The notes beneath the pieces are model-generated. The model saw only the letters and a program-made list of their open reading frames with translations. It was not told the DNA's origin and did not search any database. A stretch of DNA of 63,956 nt, filler included, from Chloroflexota bacterium (GTDB lineage: Bacteria; Chloroflexota; Chloroflexia; QHBQ01): the NCBI GenBank assembly GCA_043754535.1. It is 7 parts of 7 records of this genome, joined end to end, with 100 filler letters (N's around TTAATTAATTAA, not from the genome) between each part and the next. Parts side by side here need not be neighbours in the genome. Positions count along the whole stretch, not along the records: positions 24,041 to 41,861 come from JAYUUN010000021.1; 6 more parts are not named here. One strand, given 5' to 3'. This document shows positions 31,011 to 40,299 of this stretch, piece by piece. Positions within the stretch are counted from its first letter, which is position 1; the number at the start of each line of letters is the position of its first letter. The position numbers and the translations under genes were made by a program.

Positions 31011-31529
31011 TCACCCTCCCCTATTGGTCAGCCAATATACCATGATGTATTCGTCCACGAATCGATCACCAACCTTCATCGTGCGCGGGTCAGCAAAGAG
31101 CCGCTCGAAGCCCGCCCGCTCGTAGGTACGGATCGCTACGTCGTTGTTGGTCTCTACGCCCAGGCGCAGGTGGTCTAGCCCGTCGATCTTGTGCGCTTCG
31201 GCAATCACGGCTTGCAAGAGCGCGCTGGCGACCCCTTGCCCTTGCGCTTCGGGGGCAACCAACACGCCCCACACTTCGGCCTTGTGCCGCTGCTTGGTTG
31301 CTTCCTCGCGCAGCAGGCAGACAGTGCCTACCAGTTCGGGGTCGAACGAGCCAAAGATGAAGTTGTCGCCGCTGGTCGCCCAGGTCACGCGCCGCCTTAC
31401 CTGCTCTGCTGTTAGCTCTAGCGCAGCAGCGTAGTCCTCACCGAAGGAGGCAGGGTAGTCGCGCAACCCAGCCAGGCGTAGCGACCAGAAGGCGGTGGCA
31501 TCTTCTACTGTCAGTTTGCGTATCTGCAT
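31011..31529 (-). CDS. GNAT-family N-acetyltransferase
   Basis: 'VAPEAQGQGVASALL', 'N..AIRTYERAGF'. Confidence 0.88.
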   Translation of the reverse strand: MQIRKLTVEDATAFWSLRLAGLRDYPASFGEDYAAALELTAEQVRRRVTWATSGDNFIFGSFDPELVGTVCLLREEATKQRHKAEVWGVLVAPEAQGQGVASALLQAVIAEAHKIDGLDHLRLGVETNNDVAIRTYERAGFERLFADPRTMKVGDRFVDEYIMVYWLTNRGG

Positions 31530-32920
31530 AAGCTGGCTTGCAACAATTCTTCGCCCACCTGCCCCACGTCGCCCGCGCCTACCGTCAGCAGCACGTCACC
31601 TGGTTGCAGGATGCGGCGAAGCTCCACCGTCGCCTCTGCCAGCGAGCCGATGTACTGCATGGCCGGGTGGTCGCTAGTGGTGACGATTTGGCGGGCGTGT
31701 ACGCTGGGATCGTGGGCTTCTCGCGCCGCGTAGATGTCGCTGATGTAGACCAGGGTTGCCTCGCCAAAGGCGGCAGCGAACTCTGGCAGCAGCGATTTGG
31801 TGCGACTATAGGTGTGCGGCTGAAAGAGGATGATGATGCGGCGGTCGGGGTAGCGTTGCCTGGCGGCCTGCAAGGTGGCGGCAATCTCGGTAGGGTGGTG
31901 GCCGTAGTCGTCCACCACGACCGCCCCGCTGTTGGTCTCGCCCTTGACCTGGAAGCGGCGTTCGGCCCCGCTGAAGTCGGCCAGCGCAGTAGCCGCTTGC
32001 GCTGCGTCCACCCCTGCTATGGCGCAAGCAGCAACCGCAGCAGTGGCGTTGAGCAGATTGTGGCGACCTGGCAGGCTGAGGACGAACTCGCCCAGCTTCT
32101 CCGCCCCACGCCAGAGGGCGAAGTTGCTGCCGCCCCGATTGTTGCTGCCCTGCTCTACTACCTGCCAGTCCAGTCCTGCCCCCAGGCCGTAGCTGGCGAT
32201 GGCATAGGGTTGTTCGCTGGCTCGTAGGATGGCTAGTAGCGCGCCCGCTTCCGCGTCATCAGCACAGAGCAGGAGGGTGCCGCCTGGCTGGGTGTTGCTG
32301 GCGTAGCGGCTGAAGGTCTGGCGGATGTTGTCCATACTGCCGTAGAAGTCCAGGTGGTCGGCCTCGATGTTGGTTATCACACTGACTGTGGGGCGCAGTT
32401 GGAGGAAGGAGCCATCGTACTCGTCCGCCTCGGCAACGACGTACTCGCCGCGCCCCAGGTGGCCGTTCGTTCCCAGGCCCTGCACGATCCCGCCGACGAG
32501 ATAGGTGGGGTCAGCGGCGCAACGAGTGAGGGCGTAAGCGATCATCGCGCTGGTCGTGGTCTTGCCATGGGTGCCAGCGACCGCGATGCCCTTGCCCTCG
32601 CTCATCACTTCACCGAGTAGGGCGGCGCGCTTGATGATCGGGATGCCAGCCGCCTCCGCCGCCAACAACTCTGGGTTGTCGGGGCGCAAAGCAGCAGTGA
32701 TCACCACCAAATCAGGTGGGGCTGCCGTGATGTTCGTAGCGGCTTGGCCCTCGCTGAAGGCCATACCCCGTGTGGCTAGCTGGTCAGTCAGGCGCGAAGC
32801 CTTCAGGTCGCTGCCACTGACCGCAATGCCTGCGTCTAGCAGCAGATGCGCCAGCGCGCTCATGCCAATGCCACCCACGCCGATGAAGTGTACCTGTTTG
32901 CCCCGCAATCTGTCTAGCAC
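31511..32920 (-). CDS. murC: UDP-N-acetylmuramate-L-alanine ligase
   Basis: 'HFIGVGGIGMS', 'GTHGKTTT', 'EADEYD', 'DDYGHHPTEI'. Confidence 0.96.
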   Translation of the reverse strand: MLDRLRGKQVHFIGVGGIGMSALAHLLLDAGIAVSGSDLKASRLTDQLATRGMAFSEGQAATNITAAPPDLVVITAALRPDNPELLAAEAAGIPIIKRAALLGEVMSEGKGIAVAGTHGKTTTSAMIAYALTRCAADPTYLVGGIVQGLGTNGHLGRGEYVVAEADEYDGSFLQLRPTVSVITNIEADHLDFYGSMDNIRQTFSRYASNTQPGGTLLLCADDAEAGALLAILRASEQPYAIASYGLGAGLDWQVVEQGSNNRGGSNFALWRGAEKLGEFVLSLPGRHNLLNATAAVAACAIAGVDAAQAATALADFSGAERRFQVKGETNSGAVVVDDYGHHPTEIAATLQAARQRYPDRRIIILFQPHTYSRTKSLLPEFAAAFGEATLVYISDIYAAREAHDPSVHARQIVTTSDHPAMQYIGSLAEATVELRRILQPGDVLLTVGAGDVGQVGEELLQASLCRYAN

Positions 32921-32961
32921 TTTTTGTACCCTCTTTTGCTGCTATCTCATGCTGGCGCGCC

Positions 32962-33642
32962 CTACTTGGCCGCAGTAGGCGAGCGGCGTAGGGCGATCAC
33001 GAGGATGCCGAGGACTGCTGCGCCCACCGCCCAGAAGACCCAGCTATCAAGGATGTTGGTGGTTGGCAAGCCTGGCACCTGCACCCCTGGCAGGTTGACG
33101 CTGACCGGCGGCGTGCTAGCGACCCCCTTGAAGGGGAGATTGCCGCTCTTTAGGCGGTTGAGGTCGAGCCAGTAGCTCAACAGTTGCCAGAGTACGATGG
33201 TGAAGGCACTGGCCCCGAAGATCACGCCACCGAGCAGGCCGAACAGGCCCAGGTTGCCCCGCGTGCCGAGGGCTTTGGAGATCGAGTAGCCCGCCAGCAC
33301 CAGAAAGAGGAAGAAGCCGAGCATGATCAAAGGCTCGTTGGTTGGGTCTTGCAACCAGCCTGGTGGCTCTGGGCTAACTGGCCTCGGCACCGGTGAGTTG
33401 CTAGGGTCGGTTAGGGCGTTGCCAAACTGCTTGCCGACGTTGGTCAGTCGCTCCAGGATCGGGGGGATGTTTGGACGCAGGCCGTTGGCGACGAAGATGG
33501 CGAAGACGACCGCCACCACGAAGATCGCCATTTCGCGCCAGCCCCGCCGCCAGCCCACCAGCCCGCCAAGAACGATGATCGGGGCGAACAACTGCCACTG
33601 CTGGACAGTCCAGACTACCTGGGCAAAGATGATGTGGTTCAC
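32962..33642 (-). CDS. Membrane protein, CvpA-like
   Basis: ~5 TM segments; 'GWRRGWRE' and 'LLGGVIFG' resemble CvpA motifs. Confidence 0.55.
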   Translation of the reverse strand: MNHIIFAQVVWTVQQWQLFAPIIVLGGLVGWRRGWREMAIFVVAVVFAIFVANGLRPNIPPILERLTNVGKQFGNALTDPSNSPVPRPVSPEPPGWLQDPTNEPLIMLGFFLFLVLAGYSISKALGTRGNLGLFGLLGGVIFGASAFTIVLWQLLSYWLDLNRLKSGNLPFKGVASTPPVSVNLPGVQVPGLPTTNILDSWVFWAVGAAVLGILVIALRRSPTAAK

Positions 33643-34904
33643 TTTCTACTACCTCCACGACTAGGGCGGTTGCCCACGATCTCGCGGCCCACCGCCGCTG
33701 CCTGTACCATGCGCGTCCGAACCTCGGCTACGCTGGGCAGGGTATCCTCCGCCACTGTTGCACGGGCGTGGCGAGAAATATTGAGCAAGATGCCGACGGC
33801 GGCCAAAGAGACCGTCAGACTGGTGCCGCCAAAGCTGATGAACGGCAGCGGGATGCCAGTAAAGGGGATGCTGTTGGTTGCGGCGGCAATGTTGATCAGA
33901 GCCTGGAAGCCGAACCAGGTGGTGATGCCAGTAGCCAGCAGGCTACCGAAGCTATCGGGCGCACGCAGGGCAGTGCGGTAGCCGAGATAGACGATGGAGA
34001 CGAAGACGACGATCACGCAGACCGCTCCGATCAGGCCCAGTTCTTCGCCTATCACGCTGAAGATGGTGTCGGTGTACTGTTCGGGCAGCCAGTTGTATTT
34101 CTGGCGGCTAGCCCCCAGCCCCAGACCGAAGATGCCGCCGTCACCGAGGGCGATCATGCTCTGCGCCGGGTGGTAGCCGCTGCCCAGGAAGTCGCTGAAG
34201 GGATCGAGCCAGCCCTGTAGCCGCTTGCCGCGATAGCCTGCGCTATTGATCAGGAAGATGAAGGTGCCAACCGCCAGCACCAGGCCCGCCCCCAACTGCT
34301 TGAGGTCGGCCCCCGCTACGAAGAAGACACTGATGCCGATGCTGACGATCACCAACGACGAACCCATATCCGGCTCTTTGATGATCAGGGCGACGATCAC
34401 GCCGAGGACGATGCCGAAGGGGATCAGGCCAACTGTCAGGTTACGCACCTTGTCGCCCTTCTGCGATAGCCAGGCGGCCAGGTAGAGGCTGAAGGCGATC
34501 TTGGTCACTTCGCTGGGCTGGAAGCCGATTGGCCCCAGGTCGATCCACCGCTTTGCCCCGTTGATCAGCGGCACCACGCTAGCGGGCAGGACAAAGATCG
34601 CCGCCAGCAGCAGCAGGCAGATCAGCATCCCAGGGCCAGAGAACCGCCGCCACCAGCGGTAATCTATCCGCATGGTGATCAGCAGAGCCAGCCAGCCCAA
34701 TACCATGTAGAAGAACTGACGCGTGAGGTAGGCGGTGGGCTGCAAGTTGAAGCTAGCGAGGGCTGCATAGCTCGCGCTGTAGACCATCACCAGGCTGAAC
34801 AAGCAGAGCGAACCAACCAGAGCCAGCAGCCACATATCGGGCCGCCCCTGCGCTGTCCGCTTCAGGTTTGCGGTCGTCCTGCTCCGCTCCATAAAGGTCG
34901 CCAT
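33639..34904 (-). CDS. ftsW: SEDS-family peptidoglycan glycosyltransferase FtsW
   Basis: 'GAKRWI', 'QPSE', 'PDMGS', 'IGEELG', 'TGIPLPFISFGG'. Confidence 0.95.
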   Translation of the reverse strand: MATFMERSRTTANLKRTAQGRPDMWLLALVGSLCLFSLVMVYSASYAALASFNLQPTAYLTRQFFYMVLGWLALLITMRIDYRWWRRFSGPGMLICLLLLAAIFVLPASVVPLINGAKRWIDLGPIGFQPSEVTKIAFSLYLAAWLSQKGDKVRNLTVGLIPFGIVLGVIVALIIKEPDMGSSLVIVSIGISVFFVAGADLKQLGAGLVLAVGTFIFLINSAGYRGKRLQGWLDPFSDFLGSGYHPAQSMIALGDGGIFGLGLGASRQKYNWLPEQYTDTIFSVIGEELGLIGAVCVIVVFVSIVYLGYRTALRAPDSFGSLLATGITTWFGFQALINIAAATNSIPFTGIPLPFISFGGTSLTVSLAAVGILLNISRHARATVAEDTLPSVAEVRTRMVQAAAVGREIVGNRPSRGGSRK

Positions 34905-36358
34905 AACTTCGCCTCCTCGTTCTTCTGCTCACCGCTCACCGAGGAGAGCAGGGTGGGGGTCAGTCCCTTGACGATCTGGCGGAACTGTGCGCCCCGCTCG
35001 AACTCGTTGCTGAACATCCCGAAGCTAGCGGTTGCTGGACTGAGCAGCACGGTGTCGCCTGCAACTGCGTCATCGTAGGCAGCCTGGATCGCCAGCGCGA
35101 AGTTGTCGAACAGCCCTGCTGGTTGCACACCCGCCTGCTCAAGCGCGTGCTGCATCTTCGCCGTCGCGCTGCCCGCTAGCAGGTAGACGGCCACATCCGC
35201 CCTGGTCGCCAGATACGCCGCCAACCCGCCAAACTCCAGCCGCTTGTCGCTGCCGCCCGCCAGCAGCTTAACTGGCCCCGGCGTGGCGGTCAGGTTGGCG
35301 ACAGTGCTGGCGGGCGTGGTGCTGGTGGTGTCGTTGATGAAACGAACCCCCGCAATCTCACGCACTGGTTCCATGCGGTCTGCCACCCCCGCGAAGGCCG
35401 CCATGGTGCTGTTGATCGTAGCCGCGTCCACCCCCGCTAGGCTGCTGATCAGGGCGGCAACGGCGGCGTTGAGCAGATTGTGGCGGCCTGGTAGCGTCGG
35501 CGGCCCTGCAAACTGCCAGTCCACCTTGCCTAGCCCCGACTTGACATAATCTAGCACAATTCGATCCCCCGCCAGGTATGCGCCTTGCGAGTCACACTCG
35601 ATCATCTCGCCGAACCAGAGTGGGCGCACACCCCCTGGTAGCTGCGGTTCGTAGCGGCGCACGATGGGGTCATCTACGTTGAGGATTGCGAAGTCGCCCG
35701 CTCGCTGGTGCTTGAAGATGGCGAACTTGGCCTCGGCATAGTCGTCCATGTCGCGGTAGCGGTTGAGGTGGTCGGGCGACAGGTTGAGCCAGGCGGCGAT
35801 GTGGGGGCTGACCCCGATCTCATCCGTCCCCTCCAACTGCCAGCTAGAGAGTTCTAGCACTACCCAGGTGTCCTCCTTGATGTGCGGCAGCAGGCTGAGG
35901 GGCGGCTGGCCGCTAATATTGCCGCCAACGACGGTATCTGGCCGCCATGCCTGCATGATCGCCCCGGTCAGCGTGGTTGTCGTCGTCTTGCCCTTTGTGC
36001 CGGTGATGCCAATCGTGTGCTGGCTGGGGCAGAGTTGGAAGAATAGGCTAACCTCCATCTCCACTGGCTTGCCGAGGTCGCGGGCCAGCCGCAGCCACTC
36101 GCTCTCACGCGGCACAGCCTGGTTCCGCACGATCAGGTCGGCCCACTCGAAGTCCTCACGCTTGTGTTCGCCGAGGGTGTAGCCAACCTGGTAGCCCCCC
36201 AGTTCTTGCAGGCTGCTGCCAAGTTGGGCGGCGGTCTTGAGGTCGGTGACGCGCACCTCAGCCCCGCGCTCCAACATGAAGCGCGCCACGCCGAGGCCGC
36301 CCCCGTTGACACCAAGGCCGAAGACCAACACTTTCTTGCCACGCAACTCCAACATCAT
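34862..36358 (-). CDS. murD: UDP-N-acetylmuramoyl-L-alanine-D-glutamate ligase
   Basis: 'GITGTKGKTT', 'ELSSWQL', 'DHLNRY', 'LLSPATASF...ERG'. Confidence 0.95.
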   Translation of the reverse strand: MMLELRGKKVLVFGLGVNGGGLGVARFMLERGAEVRVTDLKTAAQLGSSLQELGGYQVGYTLGEHKREDFEWADLIVRNQAVPRESEWLRLARDLGKPVEMEVSLFFQLCPSQHTIGITGTKGKTTTTTLTGAIMQAWRPDTVVGGNISGQPPLSLLPHIKEDTWVVLELSSWQLEGTDEIGVSPHIAAWLNLSPDHLNRYRDMDDYAEAKFAIFKHQRAGDFAILNVDDPIVRRYEPQLPGGVRPLWFGEMIECDSQGAYLAGDRIVLDYVKSGLGKVDWQFAGPPTLPGRHNLLNAAVAALISSLAGVDAATINSTMAAFAGVADRMEPVREIAGVRFINDTTSTTPASTVANLTATPGPVKLLAGGSDKRLEFGGLAAYLATRADVAVYLLAGSATAKMQHALEQAGVQPAGLFDNFALAIQAAYDDAVAGDTVLLSPATASFGMFSNEFERGAQFRQIVKGLTPTLLSSVSGEQKNEEAKLWRPLWSGAGRPQT

Positions 36359-36373
36359 TGGTTGCTACCTCTC

Positions 36374-37609
36374 CTATGCCAGACTCACTTTGTGGCTGTG
36401 GCCGCTTAGGTTGGGCTGGGTGTTAGCCACCGCGCTGCCTACTTGTGCCTGCTGATGGTGAGCAGTCAAGTTGTCAAGCTCTGCATTGGAGCGGTCATCT
36501 GGATCAACGTGGACGATAATCTCACTCAGGCGTGGCAGATGGTGAAAGAGGGTGTGGCGTATCTCCTCAACCAGATCGTGGGCTATACTGACACTCAGGC
36601 TACCCGGCACGGTTATATGCAACTCTGCATGTAGCTTGTGTCCAAGCCAACGCACCTGCACATTGTGGACATCGCGCACCTGTGCTACATGGGTAGCAGT
36701 GTGTTCGATCTGCCCAACAATCTCCGGATCTACTGCATCCATCAGCCGCCGCCACATCGTTACAGCAGTATCCTTGAGAATAAAGATGATAGCGATAGTA
36801 ATTAGCAGGCCGATCAACGGGTCGGCTTGTGGGAAGCCAAGCGCAACGCCAATAACGCCACCGAGGACTGCCAGCGAGGTTATACCGTCAGCACGGGCGT
36901 GCATTCCATCAGCGACCAGGGCGGCACTGCCAATTTCGCGCCCAACCCGGATGCGGAGCAAGGCCACCGCCTCGTTACCCAGGAAGCCGATCAATGCCGC
37001 TGCTGCCACCCACCAGAGGTTGCTGACCGGCTGGGGGTTGAACAAGCGATCAAGCGACTCGTAAGCCGCCAGCCCTGCGCTCAAGGCTATCACCAACACG
37101 ATGAACAGGCCCGCCACATCCTCAGCCCGTCCGTAGCCGTAAGTATAGTGTCGGTTAGCGGGTCGCCGGGATAGTGCGAAGGCAACCCAGAGTGGCACAG
37201 CGGTCATGGCATCAGCGACGTTGTGGATCGTGTCGGCCAGCAGGCCGACCGAGCCGCTGATTACTACCACGCCAAGTTGCAGCAAGGCGGTGAAACCCAG
37301 TATAGCCAGCGACAGTTTCAGGGCGCGGATACCCTGCTCGCTACCCTCCAATGCGCTGTCTATATTGGCTTCAGCATGAGTGTGGCCGTGGCCGAACGGT
37401 AGTATCTCGCGCAGCCAGGCGAACGACCCACTGACAGGTGCATGGTCATGGTCTGACTCTTGTTCCTGGTCGTGCTGCCTCGATTTGTGGTCGTGGTCAT
37501 GACCAAAGCCATGTCCATGCTCCGCCTCGGCGGGCTGCTGATGTGCCTGTGTGCGTGGCTGGCTGTGTTCGCTGGCGGCACCGTGATCATGGTCGTGCTG
37601 ATCGCTCAT
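36374..37609 (-). CDS. Cation diffusion facilitator with His-rich N-terminus
   Basis: 'SVGLLADTIHN', 'YGYGRAED', 'ADGMHARAD', C-terminal 'HVDP'. Confidence 0.92.
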   Translation of the reverse strand: MSDQHDHDHGAASEHSQPRTQAHQQPAEAEHGHGFGHDHDHKSRQHDQEQESDHDHAPVSGSFAWLREILPFGHGHTHAEANIDSALEGSEQGIRALKLSLAILGFTALLQLGVVVISGSVGLLADTIHNVADAMTAVPLWVAFALSRRPANRHYTYGYGRAEDVAGLFIVLVIALSAGLAAYESLDRLFNPQPVSNLWWVAAAALIGFLGNEAVALLRIRVGREIGSAALVADGMHARADGITSLAVLGGVIGVALGFPQADPLIGLLITIAIIFILKDTAVTMWRRLMDAVDPEIVGQIEHTATHVAQVRDVHNVQVRWLGHKLHAELHITVPGSLSVSIAHDLVEEIRHTLFHHLPRLSEIIVHVDPDDRSNAELDNLTAHHQQAQVGSAVANTQPNLSGHSHKVSLA

Positions 37610-37621
37610 TTGTTTCCTCCT

Positions 37622-38710
37622 CTAACTAACCGTTGGGGCGAGAGCCAGGGCTACGCCGATCATGGCGGCGACAATGCTGATCAGGAAGAAGCGCATCATC
37701 ACCTGAGTTTCGCTCCAACCCAACAACTCGAAGTGGTGGTGCAGCGGGGCCATCTTGAACAACCGCTTGCCGCCGGTCAGCTTGAAGTACAACACCTGCA
37801 AAGGCGACGAAGCTCCCACAGCCAGAAAGATGATGCCGATGACTGGGAGGAGCAGCCACTGCCCGGTCATGAACGCCACCGTCGCCAGTAGGCCGCCGAG
37901 GGTCAGGCTGCCGATGTCGCCCATGAACACTTGGGCTGGGTGCGAGTTAAACCAGAGGAAGCCGAGCAATGCCCCTACACAGATGAAGCAAAACGGCACA
38001 ACCGGAGCCTGCCCTTGCAGGTACGCGATGATGCCGTAGGCCGTGAAGGCCGAGATCAGGGTCGAACTGGACAGGCTGTCCAACCCGTCGGTGAAGTTGA
38101 CCGCGTTGGCGACCCCGGCCACGACCAGGATCGCCGCTGGCACATAGAACCAGCTAATGTCGAATCGCCCCACGAGTGGGACGTAGATGCCGTTGTAGCC
38201 CAGCGGCCCGTACAGGATCAGCGCGACGACGGTCGAGAAGATCAGCAGCCAGATCAGCTTGAACCGCGCCTTCAGTCCGCCCCGCGCCCGCCCCACCGTA
38301 CTGAGCAGGTCGTCCACCCCACCTAGGATACCAAAGCTAATGATGATCCCCAGCGGCAGCAGCAGCGAAAGTTGTTGCCAGGGCTTGCCTTGCTGAATGT
38401 TGCCCAGGTTGACAACAACGAGATAGATAATCGTTGAGAGCGCAATCGTGCTTAGGATCATCAGCCCGCCCATCGTTGGCGTACCCATCTTCACCTGGTG
38501 CGACTGTGGGCCGTCGATCCGAATCTGCTTACCGATCTTGTTCTTGATCAGGAAGTTGATTACCGGCCTGCCGATCACCATGCAGATGACGAAGGCTACG
38601 CCAGCGAAGATCAAGGCGTTCCGCATCACCCCAATTGGCAACGAGGTCAGCACCTGCGAATTGCTGAGCGTCTGGGTCGTGGTGATCGCATCCGGTATCG
38701 GCAACATCAA
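37622..38710 (-). CDS. mraY: Phospho-N-acetylmuramoyl-pentapeptide transferase
   Basis: 'KMGTPTMGG', 'NAVNFTDGLD', 'FMGDIGS', 'APLHHHFE'. Confidence 0.97.
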   Translation of the reverse strand: MMLPIPDAITTTQTLSNSQVLTSLPIGVMRNALIFAGVAFVICMVIGRPVINFLIKNKIGKQIRIDGPQSHQVKMGTPTMGGLMILSTIALSTIIYLVVVNLGNIQQGKPWQQLSLLLPLGIIISFGILGGVDDLLSTVGRARGGLKARFKLIWLLIFSTVVALILYGPLGYNGIYVPLVGRFDISWFYVPAAILVVAGVANAVNFTDGLDSLSSSTLISAFTAYGIIAYLQGQAPVVPFCFICVGALLGFLWFNSHPAQVFMGDIGSLTLGGLLATVAFMTGQWLLLPVIGIIFLAVGASSPLQVLYFKLTGGKRLFKMAPLHHHFELLGWSETQVMMRFFLISIVAAMIGVALALAPTVS

Positions 38711-40176
38711 GCCCTGACTTTCTGCACAATATCCTCCATGTGCAAACCTCTGGAACCCTTGACCAACACCGTGTCGCCTGGCTGCAATTTGCGCCTTAGC
38801 CAGTCAGCCGCGTCGTCGTTGCTGCTGGCGAAGTAGACCTGATCTGCTGCCATACCGTAGCTGATAGCGTCGCGGCCAATGCTATGCCCCAGGCTGCCAA
38901 CCACCACCAGGCGGTTGGTCACCTCCCGCGCCCGGATCGCCACCTTCAGATGCCCAGCCACCTCCTGGTCGCCCAACTCTAGCATGTCGCCGAGGACTGC
39001 GACCTTGCCGCCACTCATCTCATCCAGCAGGTTGAGGGCAGCGAAGACCGAAGCGGGGCTGGCGTTGTAGCTGTCGTCGATGATCATTGAGCCGTTGACC
39101 CCTGGTACGCTGAGGATGCGTAGCTGCGCGCCGCTAGTCGAGGTGCCAGCGTCCTCCAGGCCCGCCGCCACCTGCGCCCAATCCAGGCCCATGACCAGGC
39201 CAACGCTGGCGGCGGCCAACGCGGTGTTGACGCTGTGCTGGCCGAGGATCGGCAGGTGCAGGTGCAGCCGTTGGTTCTCCTGCAAGGCGGGATTGCTGAC
39301 CGCCCCCAGCTTGCCCGCGTCGTAGCAGAGGACGAAGGCAATCCCTTCTAGCCCGCGCCCCTCGATCTGCTCGGCCCAGAGGTGCGCTGTGCTGTCGAAG
39401 CCATAGTAGAAGACCCGTGCTGGGGTCACATCGGCCATTGCCTTCACCCGCAGGTCGTCGGCGTTGAGGACAGCCCAGCCGTGCGTGGGTAGGGCGCGGG
39501 GCAGTTCGCTTTTCATCTGCGCGATGTTCTCGATGCTACCCATCCGCTCCAGATGGCTGTCGCCCACATTGGTCACCACCCCCACCTCTGGCAGAGCGAT
39601 GGCGGCCAGGTCGGCGATGTCGTGCATGGTATAGCCGCCGCCCATCTCCAACACTGCCACCTGATCGCCTGCCTTGAGGCGCAGGATGGTAAGCGGTAGG
39701 CCCGTCTCGCTGTTGTAGTTACCCTCGCTCTTTAGCACCCGGTAGCCCTTGCTGAGAACGGCGGCGGTCACTTCCTTCGTGCTGGTCTTGCCCACACTGC
39801 CAGTAATGCCAACCACGCGGGGGTTGATCTTGTTGCGCCAATAACTAGCCAGTTCTTGCAGGGCGGTTAGCGGCTCGGCGACGCGGACCAGGGCAACCGC
39901 CGGGTGCATCCCCTCGCTGACCGGCTGGTGCTGCCAGTCCTGGGTGAGCAGCACGCCACGTGCGCCCCGGCCAATTGCATCGTTGATGAAGCGGTGACCG
40001 TCGGTGTTCTCCCCCTTGAGGGCGACAAAGAGGCCACCAGGCCTGATCTTGCGCGAGTCGATCTCTACCCCCTCGAACACAACATCTTGGGTATAGGCAA
40101 CTGTGACGGCCCGATCCTGGGCCACCCATTCCAGTTCCCCCCTTGTGCCAGCCAGTACATCTTCCAACGGTAGCAT
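38707..40176 (-). CDS. murF: UDP-N-acetylmuramoyl-tripeptide-D-Ala-D-Ala ligase
   Basis: 'DSR', 'GITGSVGKT', 'DDSYNASP', 'LGDMLELG', 'LVKGSRG'. Confidence 0.96.
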   Translation of the reverse strand: MLPLEDVLAGTRGELEWVAQDRAVTVAYTQDVVFEGVEIDSRKIRPGGLFVALKGENTDGHRFINDAIGRGARGVLLTQDWQHQPVSEGMHPAVALVRVAEPLTALQELASYWRNKINPRVVGITGSVGKTSTKEVTAAVLSKGYRVLKSEGNYNSETGLPLTILRLKAGDQVAVLEMGGGYTMHDIADLAAIALPEVGVVTNVGDSHLERMGSIENIAQMKSELPRALPTHGWAVLNADDLRVKAMADVTPARVFYYGFDSTAHLWAEQIEGRGLEGIAFVLCYDAGKLGAVSNPALQENQRLHLHLPILGQHSVNTALAAASVGLVMGLDWAQVAAGLEDAGTSTSGAQLRILSVPGVNGSMIIDDSYNASPASVFAALNLLDEMSGGKVAVLGDMLELGDQEVAGHLKVAIRAREVTNRLVVVGSLGHSIGRDAISYGMAADQVYFASSNDDAADWLRRKLQPGDTVLVKGSRGLHMEDIVQKVRA

Positions 40177-40299
40177 CTTTACTTTACCTTCCCACCTTGC
40201 GTGATTAGCAGTTTTCGTCTCACTCAGTCGCCATTATAACCTAAGTGCCGCTTGCTGCGTAGCCAGGTAGTAGCCGCCACACTGCCCTTGCCCAGCCTA

